Shown in pieces: positions 12,287 through 25,593 of a DNA stretch of 64,000 nt. The DNA comes from Klebsormidium nitens (lineage: Eukaryota > Plantae > Klebsormidiophyceae): NCBI GenBank assembly GCA_000708835.1, contig DF237278.1, forward strand, positions 37,894-101,893, read 5' to 3'. The notes beneath the pieces were generated by a model. That model was not told the origin of the DNA and made no database searches. It saw only the letters and a list, made by a program, of their open reading frames with translations. How positions within the stretch are numbered: the first letter of the stretch is position 1; every line of letters starts with the position of its first letter. Made by a program: the position numbers and the translations under genes.

Positions 12287-15200
12287 ATGGTAGCAGCAAT
12301 GACTGCACGAGTCCCGGTGTCCCTGCTCCTAGTCACCGCGCTGCTTATCTTCTCGCAACCGGTGCAAGGATACCGGCGCGGGCTGAGCACCTCGGGCGGG
12401 CTCCTTGTGCATAGCACGGACCGACAGCTGTTGCAGGAGGGGTCCGACAACCCTTGTGGGCAGTTTCCCGCGGATGATCCGTTTGACGGCGTGCGGATCG
12501 GGCAGCAAACCCCAAACTGGCACGAGCCGTGCCGGGACAGTTCCGGGGTCGTTCAGTTTTGCTGGTGAGGGTTTGGGGCTTTCACTGGTCTGTGGTGAGC
12601 TCGGTTTCATGTTCTGAGGATTGGCACAATCTAGGTTGGAAGTGGGTTCTTCTCGTCTGTGGGTATGGTTATCAACTACTGGTGAGCATGGAACATGAGG
12701 GAGTTTATTGTGACTTCCTTTGGGACTCCTTGATCGTGAGCTGAGGCCTTTCCGGTTGCGTAACATTATGTGTTGGATCCCTGGAAAGGTCAGTGCAGCT
12801 TTAAAACCTTTGAGGATAACTTTCGAGGCAACACTGGACCCGCAATAAAGTTCAGCACAAGGAACAATATTCCCCTCTCAACCTGGCTGGTGGGCTTTGA
12901 AAGCTTGGCTCTGCCTATGGACTCATCTGTGTTTGAGAGTTGTCGAGTTGGCAAAGCATAAAGCTTTTGCGGGTGCCATTTTGGATGCAGCACATTTTGG
13001 GCTGGGGAGTTTCTCAACCTTTTGAGATGGTGGCTAGAAAACTTTGCAGAGCTCAATCAGAACGATATACTTATGCTGATCAGGCAAAGTGACCTCAGTG
13101 TCGAAGGCTAGTAAGTCTGGTCACATCTTTGGTAGGAATGTTTTCCAAAGACCAGACAACACGAAACCTCAAGAGAAGTTTGAAAGGGAAAGCCCAGAAT
13201 GTCTGTGTCATTTGAATGTGGACATGTGAGTAAGAGTAAGACAAGCCTGAGGGCTCTGAGACGTGTGAAGCTTTTGTAGCAAAATCAAGCTTGGTTGAGA
13301 GAAAACCCACTACTGTTATCAGGAGGAAAGAGAGAGCTGGATAGCGATTGTGGAACCATCAGAATCTGCATTCTGCTTAGAAGCTGCCAATCACCCCTCA
13401 CACTGACCTCAGAGACCAGCTCCTGTTGAATAATGTAGGGCCTTTGAATGGATTCCTTTAATCGAGCTGCTATACTCATTCCTATCCTCAGCATTCATAT
13501 GGTTTTACGGTGAAAAGCAAGCCCAATGTCCTGAAGGCCTTGTGTTTGCATGTGCAGTTCAGCGGGCTCCACGCAATGTGCCTGCCCACCAAACCCTCCC
13601 ACAGCAGCAGGGCCTTTTGGGTGCTACAATTACGTGAGTGCCCTCCGTCGTGTCAGCTTTCTACATTTTTGATCAATACTCCCCAGGGCCTTGCTGACAA
13701 GATTCTAGAGCCTTTACTGCAATCTGTGTGCATGTCATCATGAGCACAGATGAGCACAGACGAAGCACTGATGAGTAACTGAACAAGAAACCTTGCTACA
13801 GGACAAATCCAGGTTAGTGATCACATCGCAAAGGAACGGCACTACCAAAGCAGGTTTTGAGACACGACACGTTTGGTTAAGCGCAATTTTCATCCGATCC
13901 AGTATGTAATATGACAATCCGGACCTCTGGGAGCATGATAGCCAGAGCTATTGAAGTACCAGGCCCGGAGAGAGTGTTAGTAATATACCAATCTGGCAAG
14001 CGAAAACGGTTCCATCACCAATTTGTTTTCTCCATGGCTTCTTCTCCAGACCGATTATCCTTTGATAACCTCGAAAAGCTCTAGTCGGTACGTTTTGACG
14101 CTTCAGAAAGTGCATGGCACGGTGTGCGAGATGGACGGACTGGTTAACTATCGAGCCTGAATTTGTTATGCGTACACCAAACCATCGGCCTCTTTAATTC
14201 GGACGTTGGACTCAACATGCCGCGACCCTCTATGTTTCAATAGACTTAAGACCATTGCCGCCTGCCAAACATTCCCCTTAACTCTCGTCTTGCTTTTGTC
14301 GCCAGGATTGTGACCGCAACTTACTAATCCCCTTTATCTCTCCCTCTTGTGGCTTCGCGCGGCGCATTTGTACGCTTCCCACCTTCTCCCAAGTCCCAAG
14401 CCGTTTATGTCGATTCCCTTGACTTTCTCTCTTCCGAAACCCAAGCCTGACATCTTCCGCCGTTCCTTTCAGGTTGACAGCAACACTCTAAACTTCAACA
14501 CAGGCCAGCAGTGCGGGTTCACCCTCCCCAGCTCTCCTGCGACTCCAAGCCCCACCTCTACGACTCCGTCCCCGACCTCTGCAACTCCCTCCCCGACCTC
14601 TGCGACCCCCTCCCCAACTTCGACAACTCCCTCTCCAACTAGCACCCCCTCTGCGACTTCCTCTCCAACTTCCGCTCCAACAAACCCCCCCGGTGGACCG
14701 TGCACCACGGCCCCGAGGGGATCCCCCGGGTCCGACGGCACGTGCGGGTTTGACCCCGCCGGCCAGGGGTACAACCTGTGTACGACGATGGCTGGGGTGG
14801 GTCTCCGCTAACGACTTTTTTGCGGTTCGTGCTTAGGATTGAGTCCCCCTTTCCACCGGAAGCCTTTTGATGCATCACGTAGGTGAACGCTCTGCACGGT
14901 GTTTTACTTTTCTGGGGCGTGTGTCGATCGTTCTTCAATTGCTGTGTACGAAAGGATAGCTCTCTGCATGACGAACCGGCGTATGCGCTTCTTCGGTGAG
15001 CTTTTCTTTGGCGAAGACAGACCCCCTACATTCAATTTCCTCTGCTTAGACGTGGTTCCTTTCCAATATAACGTCTGTTTGCATATGTGCAAAAGTTGTC
15101 TTGCCCTTGATCATCATATTCCTCTGTTTTGAAGCTAAAAGGAAGTCCTCGCGCTGGAAGGAGTTCGTGCTGCTGAAATCATTGCGTCCTCTGAAGCTCG

Positions 15201-16790
15201 CGGCCACCCGATCGTTCGCTGAACCGTAACATGATACTGCCGATTACGACACGAGCGCGTTAGGTCCGGCCGGCTACGTCTCTGAACGAATTCTTTGCCC
15301 AAAACTTTGTGTTTCTTGTGATTGCTTCCATTTCCCGGATGTTCAATTCCTTTCATAGGACGCTTACTTGTGGTCGGATCTCTCTTGGATCGTTTCTCCC
15401 TGATACCTCTTCATCAATTCCACGTCGAAGCTCTCAATCAAGTCGACAATAAAGACCGAAGTCATCAGCCAAGCTTGCTAGCAATTTCGTGGAATTCGTG
15501 GGCTTCAACTTTGCAACCAAGATCCAAGTCGCTAACCCAAGCCGCGTCTTTCCGCTGTTCCACAGATCCAATTCTGCCGCCAAACTGGCTACGCTGGCCC
15601 CACGGCGGAGGCCTTAACAAGCTTCCAATCTGCTAACCCACAGCGTCAACCCCAGCCGTCTTTCCGCTGTTTCGCAGATCGCGTTCTGCTGCGAAACCGG
15701 CTACACCTGCCCGACGGCGGACCCGGTCACGGCCTCCAACCCGAGCTTCGCTCTCCAGGTCTACTGCCAAGCGCTGGGGCCCTGCGCAGACACCCCGACT
15801 TCCTCCCCCACAAACGCCCCCACAACAAACCCCCCCACAACGAACGCCCCCGCAACGAACGCCCCCACAACCAACGCCCCCACAACCAACGCCCCGACGA
15901 CTTCCGCCCCAAATACTCCCGGCCCTACCCCCGTCGCAACCACCCCCTCCCCCGCCCCCACTTCTGGCCCCCCCAGCGGGTGCCAGACGGTGCCCTCTTC
16001 CGGATCTCCCGGCGTGGACGGAACCTGCGGATACGACCCGTCCGGTCAGGCGTTCAACGTGTGCTCAACGGCGGGAGGGGTAAGTGCTTCATCCTGACGG
16101 CTCTGATCAACTTAAGTCTTTTGCTAAACTCTGGTTGAGTTCTCAGTTCAGTCTAGAGGTATTTGGCGCAAGATAGACGCCCGGGAGACGGACGGAACCA
16201 GTGGGTGCCATTAGGGTAGGGGTCGTCAAGATTTCAGGTCAGTCAAAGAGGTCAAAACGTCTGCAAAACGTCTGCTAAGTGAGATGAGACTATGAGCCTT
16301 TCCACCATGTACTCCCTTCCTCTACCGAGAGCAGTATATTCGCTCAGGTCATATTTCTGGTGGCTAGTAGCTTTGTAGCAATATGAAGCGCATTTTCAAC
16401 CCGTGGAAGTGCTGGACGATCGAGCTTGCGTGCCCGAATGGAGTCGGCGATTGCGACATCAAATGCTTTCACAAGGAGTAACAAAGATTCAACCCTGAGT
16501 CAGGTTGTGACGTTGACTGTGACCGTTCTAAAGACTGCGACCAATCCTGCGCTCTTTTTGAACCCTCGGATTTCAATAATTAGATAGACTACATATCTGG
16601 GCACTTTCTTTTCAGCTCCCGCAGTCTTTCCCTGAACAAGAGTCATCTTAACCCGGTTCCTTGTATTCTTCAGATCCAGTTCTGCTGCCCACAAGGCTAC
16701 ATTTGCCCGATCGCCGGGTCCGTCGCACCGTCCGGTGGCTCCAACGCTCTGCAAGTATTCTGCCAAGTGGCCGGGCCGTGCGGATACTAA
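12287..16790 (+). CDS. Secreted modular protein: signal peptide, Cys-rich modules and Pro/Thr/Ser-rich (mucin/HRGP-like) linkers
   Basis: Exon 1 12287-12564 has a signal peptide (MVAAMTARVPVSLLLVTALLIFSQPVQG). Small exons are likely near 12.8-13.1 kb (uncertain) and at 13558-13633 (SAGSTQCACPPNPPTAAGPFGCYNY). Clear exons at 14473-14796, 15678-16079 and 16674-16790 (TAA). Two copies of a module C..P..GSPG.DGTCG.DP.GQ..N.C.T..G|I.FCC..GY.CP.A...ALQV.CQ..GPC. Confidence 0.8.
14536..14690 (+). repeat. Coding tandem repeat (TPSPTS[A/T])n, about 21-bp unit
   Basis: The exon translates ATPSPTSTTPSPTSATPSPTSATPSPTSTTPSPTSTPSATSSPTSAPT. Confidence 0.9.
15805..15910 (+). repeat. Coding tandem repeat (NAPTT)n, 15-bp unit
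   Basis: AACGCCCCCACAACC-type units translate TNAPTTNPPTTNAPATNAPTTNAPTTNAPTTSAP. Confidence 0.9.
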
Positions 16791-19700
16791 GCGGTAGGCT
16801 TTTGAAACATTACTCATAATTCCCTAGGTTTCTTTGATTGGAAACTAAGGACTCCCCCAACCAAGGATCATCTTCTCCTTGATTGAGAGAGAGAGATTGT
16901 CTTCTATTGATCAAATGTTTGAAGGCTTGAACCTTTTCTCCAGTTTTTAACCCCCTTGATTTTGGGGGAAGGAGGCGGGGGTGAAAGTTGAGAAAGGGTC
17001 TGATGAAGCAGGTTGTGTGGCCTTGCTAATGCTAACCGGTGATACTCCTCATCTCAAAGTAGACTTCGATTTCACTAAATTAGGCGAACGAGTTTTTGTT
17101 GGTCGAAACCTACTCAGTATCCATCTGCTCCTCGAAATCTTTGTCTTCATCATTCGTCGTGTCAGCCCACTGGCGTCTGGAGATGGGGAGGAAATGACTG
17201 AAAGAAGACCTTTCCGTCTTCTCTAATAACAAGTACAATTTCACCCCTGGTTTTCATACACGCCTGATAATCTGTCCGTTGAAAATTTGAAGACGTAAGA
17301 AGTACACTGACTTAGCCTAAGGACGGAAAACTCAAGCTTCCGTTCTGTCGACGCTTCATCAATATGTCCGTTTAACAATCTTTCCGATTTACAGTCTCCA
17401 TATCATTTTCTGGTTGGAAGTTTTCTGATCTACAAACCGGTCCGGGGTTTTCGGTACTAAGTGACGTGCGCCCCGACTGACCGCACCAGTCGACTTATTT
17501 TAACACGTTTTGCGTCCTCCGTTCTGCAGACCAGCTCCGTTCAGATACGAAGCGGGTACGAGTGCAACGTGTGACATTCATTTGCCGCCTTCCGGAGCTC
17601 CATTCCCTGCATTCAATCATCCGAAGCCGATCAACCTCTCCCACCGCGTGACAACTCCTTGTAAAGGCACCTTCGTCTCCACGTGCTCGTCTTTGTTTCA
17701 AGGTATTATCAGAAACACTAAAAACTTTAGGTCTTAGTAGACGGCTCCTCCCAAACGATTGTAGAAAATGACCTCGCTCGTTTCAGGAAACGTGGTTCGT
17801 CCCTCACGAATCTTTCTTCCCACCCCGGCGCGGGTTGGCCGAGCCGCACTCTGCACCGAGAGCGGTTTTTTCGATCCTTTTTAATCCGATTGTTTCAAAA
17901 ACTGAGGGCCCGGAACGTATATAGTTGGCCGGCCCCCCAAGAACAACGCAGAAATGACTACGTCAGCATAGTTCGTACTGTGGACTAGTGATTATTTACA
18001 CGGTCGATGCCGGTTAGCGGCAGAGGCGGGCTCTTATAAGCTGGACGTTTCCCCCCTCCGCCGCTAATAAGCGGTGCAAGTCCGTCCGAGACTGCACGCG
18101 CTAAGAACACTCCAGTGATAAAGTCAAATAATAAATCAAACGTAGTGTCGCCGTTGAATCTTGATCGGGCTTCCGGCATGGGGATAGGAATTACTGAGTC
18201 CCTGATTTGCATAACTTGTGCTTCATAGCTGAGTTACCATTTGGAAAAGGACGCTGTTGCGCGATAACAACGTGAATACCATCTGTGAACGGTCGATCCG
18301 TCATACAAAACGTATGTGTCGAACATTGATTGTCCCGCCCGATGCCCCAATTATTACAGTTCCTTCAGTTTATACACACACTCGACTGGCCACATGTGTC
18401 ATGCCCACTCTCTGATCCGCACAAGATGCATCTTCACCATCGTGCAATATCTTGTGCTTTGGGATCTAGCAGTACGTGACGCGAACAATTACTTCGTCAA
18501 AACTCATCCTACAATACACTGCATGACTGCAATACGTACTGCATGATTTTGATCAAGTACCAATGATACTACCCGCCTCCAACTCATACAGTGTCCGATG
18601 ACGTCATCGTGTGGCCATTCATAACAAGAGCTTCTCTGCAACGACCTGAACTCAAATTGCGCACTGGGATGGTCACATCTAACCTATACGATTGCGGCCC
18701 GAAGACCCCTCTGCACAGCAAACCTTTCAAAAGAAGCGCCTTCAGTCGCAACCTATCATCCTGATGAACGCCGCGATCCGCCTCCTCTGATGTTGCGGCT
18801 AAGAGTCGGCTGCAGCTGCCCATAACTATCTCGATGGATCGACAATTCCCACGCCTGAACAAGTGCTCTCCGGCTGCATGACGGTCTACCGTTCCGCCAG
18901 CGTCAGCGAGGCGGGGTGTATTATGCAGTAAAGTCGAATGTAAAAATGCAGAAAAGCCTCGGCCAAAACTGCCTCGGATCCGGACGACCTTGTTTGTTTG
19001 TAATTCTATAAAAAGGAACGTGACATTTCCGGTTACTCGCTTCGATCCATCCAGGTCCCATCGATCGAATGAGGAACTTGGCAAGCTATCTTGGCTTGCC
19101 AGAGCCGAACTCATATCCCAAAATCTGCTCGTTTGAAAACCCAATCATGCAGGCTCCGGGGGGACTTTGCAACCGCCTCTGTGTGGGACGAGTAAGCTGC
19201 GAAAACGGCGCGGCCGCCCACGCGCGCGACGACACCTGTCACGCAAAGGAGCGGCCGCGCGGCGGCCGACGAGTCTCCTGCAGTTGAACGAATGCTTCCT
19301 GCAAAGCCGGGCGCGCGCGCATCTTTGAAGGCGCGCGGGGGTTGCCCACTCTCAGTCCATGAAATGCGGCCTTTACTCCCGAAGGCGGGGGTCAAGTGCA
19401 ACTGTTCTCCAAAGGATTGGAAGTGATGGGCTCAATCGGAGGACCTCTCTTTGTAAAACGGGTCAGCGGTGAGGTTGTTTGGATTCAACGGCACCTCGTT
19501 TTGGTGCCGATGCACGCACACTCTGCGCAGTTTGTGCGCTCGTTCTATCTGCGCGCGTGTGCGCATTTCTCCGGCACTCGCCCGCTCGTCGAGCGCACTG
19601 AACCACGACCGCGTGGAGCCGCGCTCGCGGCTGTCCATCCGCCACTAGTTGCGGCAAGTTTTGGAAGAGTGTAGGCCAGGGTTTTGCCAAGCGTTTGGAT

Positions 19701-22659
19701 TCAATAGTTCGCTTTTTCAGCATCAGAAAGGGTCCGAGCGACGTCCCTCCTGGGAATACACTCAGGCAGGTCCGGGCAGAGAACCAGATAATAAGTCGGG
19801 TTCCGGGACCGGTTCCCACCTAGCTGGTGTGAAGTGTTTTCAGGATAAGCTATGGGAGTTAAGTTCCATTCTCGCATCCGTTCATCTCCAGTTTGGGGGG
19901 GAGCGCGAGCTGCACGCAGGCGGCCCCCCAACGCGGGCTTTGAAAATGAAGGTGCCAATCTAACGGCACAGCAACCCGCATCTCAGCACTGCTTCAACAC
20001 TGAGGCACAAGAAGTTCTGGCTGCTAACCAGGCAGATCACGGGACCTGACTCTCGGGTTATTGGACATCAACCGTTGTCTAATATTGCTCCAAGGCTGGT
20101 CAACGTCGGGGTAAGGTTATCGGACACAAGTCTTATTTGACGAACCCACAATCATTATGGTTTACGGCCAATGGTTCCTGTCAGATGTGCCCACTTCCCT
20201 TCGCTTCTAAACTGCCGCAGACATTGAAATGAATTCCAAGCGGAAGTTCGCATCGCTCCGCCCCTTCTGGAACGGTCGACTTTTCGAAAAAAACGCGCTG
20301 GCCTATCATCCTCGAAGCAACCTTGGCTCGAAGTTGACGGATGTCCAGCCAGCTTTTGGAGCGCATTCACACTGATGACATGAGTGGGTGGGTGCTGCCG
20401 CGGCTCAGCCAACGAGTCCCCTGCCGAGTATTCAGCAATCGTGGCGTCAGTATCGTGTGCGCCCTGGAAACGAGCCATAATCGAGGGCTAATCCCTCGGT
20501 TTATCGAGGTGAATTCGATCGAATAACCGAGGTTACTTCGAGATTATTTCGAGCTAAATTGAGGCTGCTCCCAAGGGTCCACCAATCTTGACCGGCAGTA
20601 CTGAGTAGGCCCTGGATTATGGAACGATGAACCGCTGGGTAAGGCCCGGGTCGAGCTTTTGTGATGAAAGTCTCCCATTATCTGGTCATTTACTGTGTTT
20701 GACGCGCTTTGCCGGTGAGCCTTCTCCTGGCTTTAACCGGTCGTTTGAATCTCCATCCTTACTGAATGCTCCCCTCGGCCCTGCCCAGCTCAATATTCCC
20801 GCACTCTCCAACTTGTGCGCTCGCGCGTGTTGCTGACGTGGGCGGCGCTCACTGCGCACCGCTCCTTGCGACCTCAGCCCGGCATGTGGGGTCTTGCTCT
20901 ACGTTTGACCTTTCCAGCAGAAAGCGCAGGAAGAAATTGACAGAGAGAGCTGTCTGCTCACGTCTTGACATCGCGTCAAGACGTGAGCAGAGCCCAAAGC
21001 TAGTTAGCTTAATGAATTTCAACTTCGTATCGATATTGGGACCACATGGGGTCGTTAGGGCCTTTGAAGGCGTCCGTTGGATCCTGCATGGGTTCCAGGC
21101 CTTCGGGGCTTCAAGTTGTCGGATTGGACCGACGGGCAGACGGTCAGTGTGTGCCGACACTTTCCTTGGGAACCCCCGTCGCCGAAGTAAAGAAGGATTC
21201 AAGCGAAGAAGGGACGGAGTGGCTGATCTCACTGCCTTCTTTTCACTGTACAACGAGTGGAAATCCAACTTCATCGCTGCTTCTACTGGGCATGTCTCCT
21301 TCCATCTAGCGCACTCGAGCCCTTTTCAGAGAACTAGTGATCGCGGGACTGATTCCCTGACCACTGCCGTCGGCGGGGGCCGGATTACGTGGGTACCAGG
21401 ACCGCGAAGCTGGTTTTCATAACAGGATCAAAGTTACTCCCGACCATTAATGTGTCTTTTCCGGGGGCGACTTTGCCGGACGAAAGTTCTCGCGGGGCTG
21501 GCATTGACGGTCTTAACACTGAAAAATGTGGCATCAATAGAGCAATTTCTGCCGAGCTTTACCTTTTCCACCTACCTGCAAAGTCCTAGCTTCGCTTGCC
21601 ACAAAAACCCTGACCTCAGCCCACCTCAGCCGGTGTCTCTGGCCATTTCAGAGCCTCCACGATCTGACGGATGCATTTTGGCCTTAGATCTCTCCGGCGC
21701 GGTCAAATTAGCGCTTCAGTTCTGTACCGCTGGACGATCCTTCCGTTCCGCTCTACACCGCGTGATGAAACTTGTAGCAACCTCTGCAGCCGGTTCTATG
21801 ATGCAGACGTGTTCCGTTTTTGGGCTGAGGCTATTCGAAGGAGCATCCAAAAAGAATAGAAGATTTGAACGGCGCTGGTGACGCACCCTGTTTCTGGGAT
21901 TCTGAAGTTTGATCATGTTGCTTAGCCCGTCAGGTGTTGGGCTAATTTTTCTTGGTAACGGTCAATCTCGTACAATAGGCGCTGCGCTACGAACTTACTA
22001 GAAAGCAACTTGAAAGATCAATATCGGATCAAGAAACTATCCAACATCGAGCCCAGTTGAAAAGACGTTTTCAAGCAACATGGTATGGTGTGAATGTGTC
22101 TGAGTGGGATCTGATGCATCAGGGATTTCAAAGTCGTGTCTTAGTTACACAGAGTCAAAGAGCGGTGGAGACCAGATACTGTCCTTTGGTGGGACGGATT
22201 ATAGCGCGTTCGCAATCCACTTTAAGCAACTTTGAGGGGCAGAAAGGGAGAGCCTGGATCTTGTCACAAATCAGACTCCCAAGCGACCACAAAGACCCTT
22301 TTCTTTAAGCTTTTTGAAGCCGCACCGCCCTGAGAGAAGGCTCCTAAAGACTTAAAAGCGTCAGCGCACGCAGCTGCTCTGATCAAAAAAGAGCGACGCC
22401 TCTCATGAGCATCTTCCGACAGTGACACGTACCATGTTCACTGCAGTATTTCCGTTCTTGACCGCCCGGTGCTCTTCTACCAGTACGTACCTTGGACAAT
22501 GAATCTGTACGGTATCGATCGATATCATGAGATGCTTCAAATCGAATAGCCATGATGAGCACGACGTTATTGCTTGACTACATGATGTGCAATCATCACG
22601 TCCTCAGCAGCATGGACAACGTCTTCTGATCCTATTGATAGCAGATCGACCGGAGTTGC

Positions 22660-22826
22660 GCAGAACCAGTTCGGATCCAAACCGGATCTGCTTCGGTCCC
22701 AATTTGGACCGTTTTCAGACATCCGAAATGTCTGAACGGGATCTGAAGCTTCGGACCGGGGTTGGACAGGTGTTTTAGTTTGGACCCACTTCGGACCGGG
22801 TTCGCACGAAAAGCTTTCTCGCAGTA
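22660..22826 (-). repeat. Second copy of the (C/T)ACTGCGAGAAA-terminated repeat family
   Basis: The reverse complement starts TACTGCGAGAAAGCTTTTCGTGCGAACCCGGTCCGAA, matching the 2203 terminus, and has the same TTCGGA(T/C)C and TTGGAC motif richness. Confidence 0.5.
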
Positions 22827-23444
22827 AACTTAGCGCACAATATAACGGCTCATAAATTACCTCCAATTCGAAGCCTGGATCCGATTATCAAACGCTCTTT
22901 GTATAATTCATGTTTGTCAAAAGAGGCCGTCTCTTTCTGTTAAGCCCTCTCTACTCCGCTAAATTCCTCATGCGCTTTCTTCAGAAAAAGAAGTAGAATC
23001 AATCACTCTCGATCTTTCGCAAGCTGGCTGTGCTGCTCTTCCGTCGCCGGAACGGTGAAAAAGCCTTCCTCTTTCAGCAGTAGTGGAGCGCTCTCATGTA
23101 GGGCTTCCACCGTAGTCGCTCCCTGAGTCATCTGATGCCAACACCTTAAGCAGCGCAGCCTGAACCCTCATTCAACACTACATATCTTAAACGTCGATGC
23201 AGCTAAATCCAGTCGTGGCGGCTCTGGATTGCTGGTTTTCGATGCGCCCCTTCCAGTTGGTACGCTAGTCTCGTGCTTTCCCACAGAGTTACTTCGATGA
23301 AGGTTGCTACGCACGTGACGCAGCGTCTTTATTCCTCCAACCCACGGAAACATGCCTCGTCCAAAGCGGCCCAGCTTCAAAGGCAGACAGAGTCGGCGGC
23401 GAACGTCTTCTGAGGGGCGGCCGCGGCTCGCGCTCCGAACGCGC

Positions 23445-23568
23445 TGCGCGCGAGCTTCGCAAACTTCGAGCGCGCGCACTGCCCGAGTCTCCTTGCGGAA
23501 GGTGCTGCGCGCGAGCTTCGCGAACTCCGAGCGCGCGCGCTGTCCGAGTCTCCTTGCGGCACGCCTTC
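23445..23568. repeat. Tandem duplication of a 61-bp GC-rich unit
   Basis: On the minus strand CCGCAAGGAGACTCGG(A/G)CAG(C/T)GCGCGCGCTCG(G/A)AGTT(C/T)GCGAAGCTCGCGCGCAGC occurs twice in tandem. Confidence 0.8.
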
Positions 23569-25593
23569 TTGAGGTCGGATGGAACCACCGGGGCCTCAAC
23601 CAAAGGCCCCTGCTCTTGAGACAGCGGAACCCGGCCGGGGGGTGTTATATCTAGTGCGGTTGACCTCCTGAAGTGCGTAAGGAAGTAACTCATATGCCTA
23701 ATCAACTATAAACTAACTTATCAACTAACCCCCTGAGTAACCAACGTGCCTGACCCGCTAACCACATGTTGCCGGAGACCAAAGTGACCCGAAAGCACAT
23801 GATAAACCGGGCCCGCCTGGTCTAGCTGCTGACCGATTTGACTCTAGTTCCGGGTTCCTCTTCCGCCATTCCGTCCTTTTGGAATCCTGGCGTTCCGTAG
23901 CCAGCTCGCAAACGAACGTCCGCGAATCCTATAGCACGGTTATCATTGTACGTTCCGCCGGACGTCCACTTTTGCCCAGTCGGACGTCAGTCAGCTCCTG
24001 GTTGCCGTGCGCACTCCTGCACTCCTGCTTTTTGGACAAGGCGCTACCTTCTACACGTGTATAAGACACCAGTTACAAACAACGGCAGCGTACCGCCCGC
24101 CTCTTTGGCAGTTCGGGACCTTTTTGAGTTGCCTGCTGCAAGCTTCTATCCAGTCGTGAATGGCTTCGTCCTCAGCTTTGCAGCCCGGTGTAGCCTGTAA
24201 AAGTACGTCCGTCCTTGAAAGGACTAGAAACGTTGGTAATCTGCAGTTTGAAGCTTAGTACGAGCGTTGTGCACTATTATCCAGAGGCGCATTAACAGCG
24301 GACTCGAATCTAGCACCTCCGCACCTCCCTGAGTTTGAAAATGATGCCTGGCCGTTGTGAGTCTTGGTGGCTAAAAAAGGCGTTACATAGGCATCACGGA
24401 AACTAGACGAGCGGGAAGTTTTCATTTCATTTGTCAGCGCAAGAAAGAGTCGGACCGAGGATTGCAACCAGCAACTCTTGTTTGCAGCAACGAATCTAAT
24501 CGGATGGTCATTTATTGAGTGAGCGGGACGAACCTCCCTTCCAAATGTACTAGAAAGTAAGCAGTGGGTCTCTTCGTATCCTACTGGCGCCAACTTTGCT
24601 TGCTACTCCTCGCTTTTGTGCAACATCTAGACGAGCGGACATGATGGCTAAGTTCAAGCCTTTTATCCTAGACGTTCTAGTTCCTTGTATACCAGACCCC
24701 GTGGGTCGGCCCCGACTACTGTGCAAAAGAAAGATTCTCGTATGATACGTTTCAGTGTATGGTATCAGTGCGCATGCCATATCATATGATGGTCGATCAA
24801 CCATGCCGATTTAAGGTCGGTGGTCGACGAGAGGGAACATGACTACTTGCAAAGCTGGGCACAAGGTTTCAATGAATCGAGCTTAATTGCCCAAGCGGCA
24901 TACGCGCGCCTGACTTATGCGCTAACATATTTCACAGTCTGGTTTCAGCAAGTCACGGGACATCAGGCGCGCACAACATTTGGTATGCGATGGGGGCTGG
25001 CAGGAGTGGTTGCAGATTCGATGCGAGTTTGAAGGTCCCATCAATGATATCTAGAAACATGGAATTTCAAAACGGCCGCTAGCTCCTTTGTGAAACGCAG
25101 TCAGCCACGAAGAACGGTACGAATGACAGGTTGCTGACGACAGATTCCTATAGTACTATTCAGACTGTACAGCGTCAGTAGGGACGTCGACAAATACTTT
25201 CACCCTAACAAAGTTGTATCTAGAACCCAATCACTTCAATACTTGCGAGCTGAGTAAGCTCGCGTGCTGCGACCAAGTGAATCGGTCTTTCCTTGCCCCT
25301 TTCCTAGTGCTAAATCTGCTTCAGCGTATCATATATCGTTCGTCAAACACCCCGATCGCAAAGACAGAAATAATCAGAGAAGTCCCGGGCGCACTCTGAG
25401 TATAGTAGCCTCATACTCCTCTGCTTGCCGAGTGCCCATTGCGCCCGGTATGGCGACCAACTGGCCACTATGACACTACTTCGGTCGCCAATTTTGACGC
25501 CACGACATTTAAAATTCCGCGGCACCAGAGCACTGAGGTCGTCACAACGCGACGTGAATTGAACGCCCGAGTTCAGTGATTGTAACTGAATTT

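Noticed and set aside
20766-21422. 218-aa plus-strand ORF
   Set aside because: No recognisable motif, no codon bias like the real exons, and no convincing splice partners.
23168-23705. Overlapping Arg/Ala-rich ORFs on both strands
   Set aside because: Produced by a GC-rich 61-bp tandem duplication whose length is not a multiple of three.
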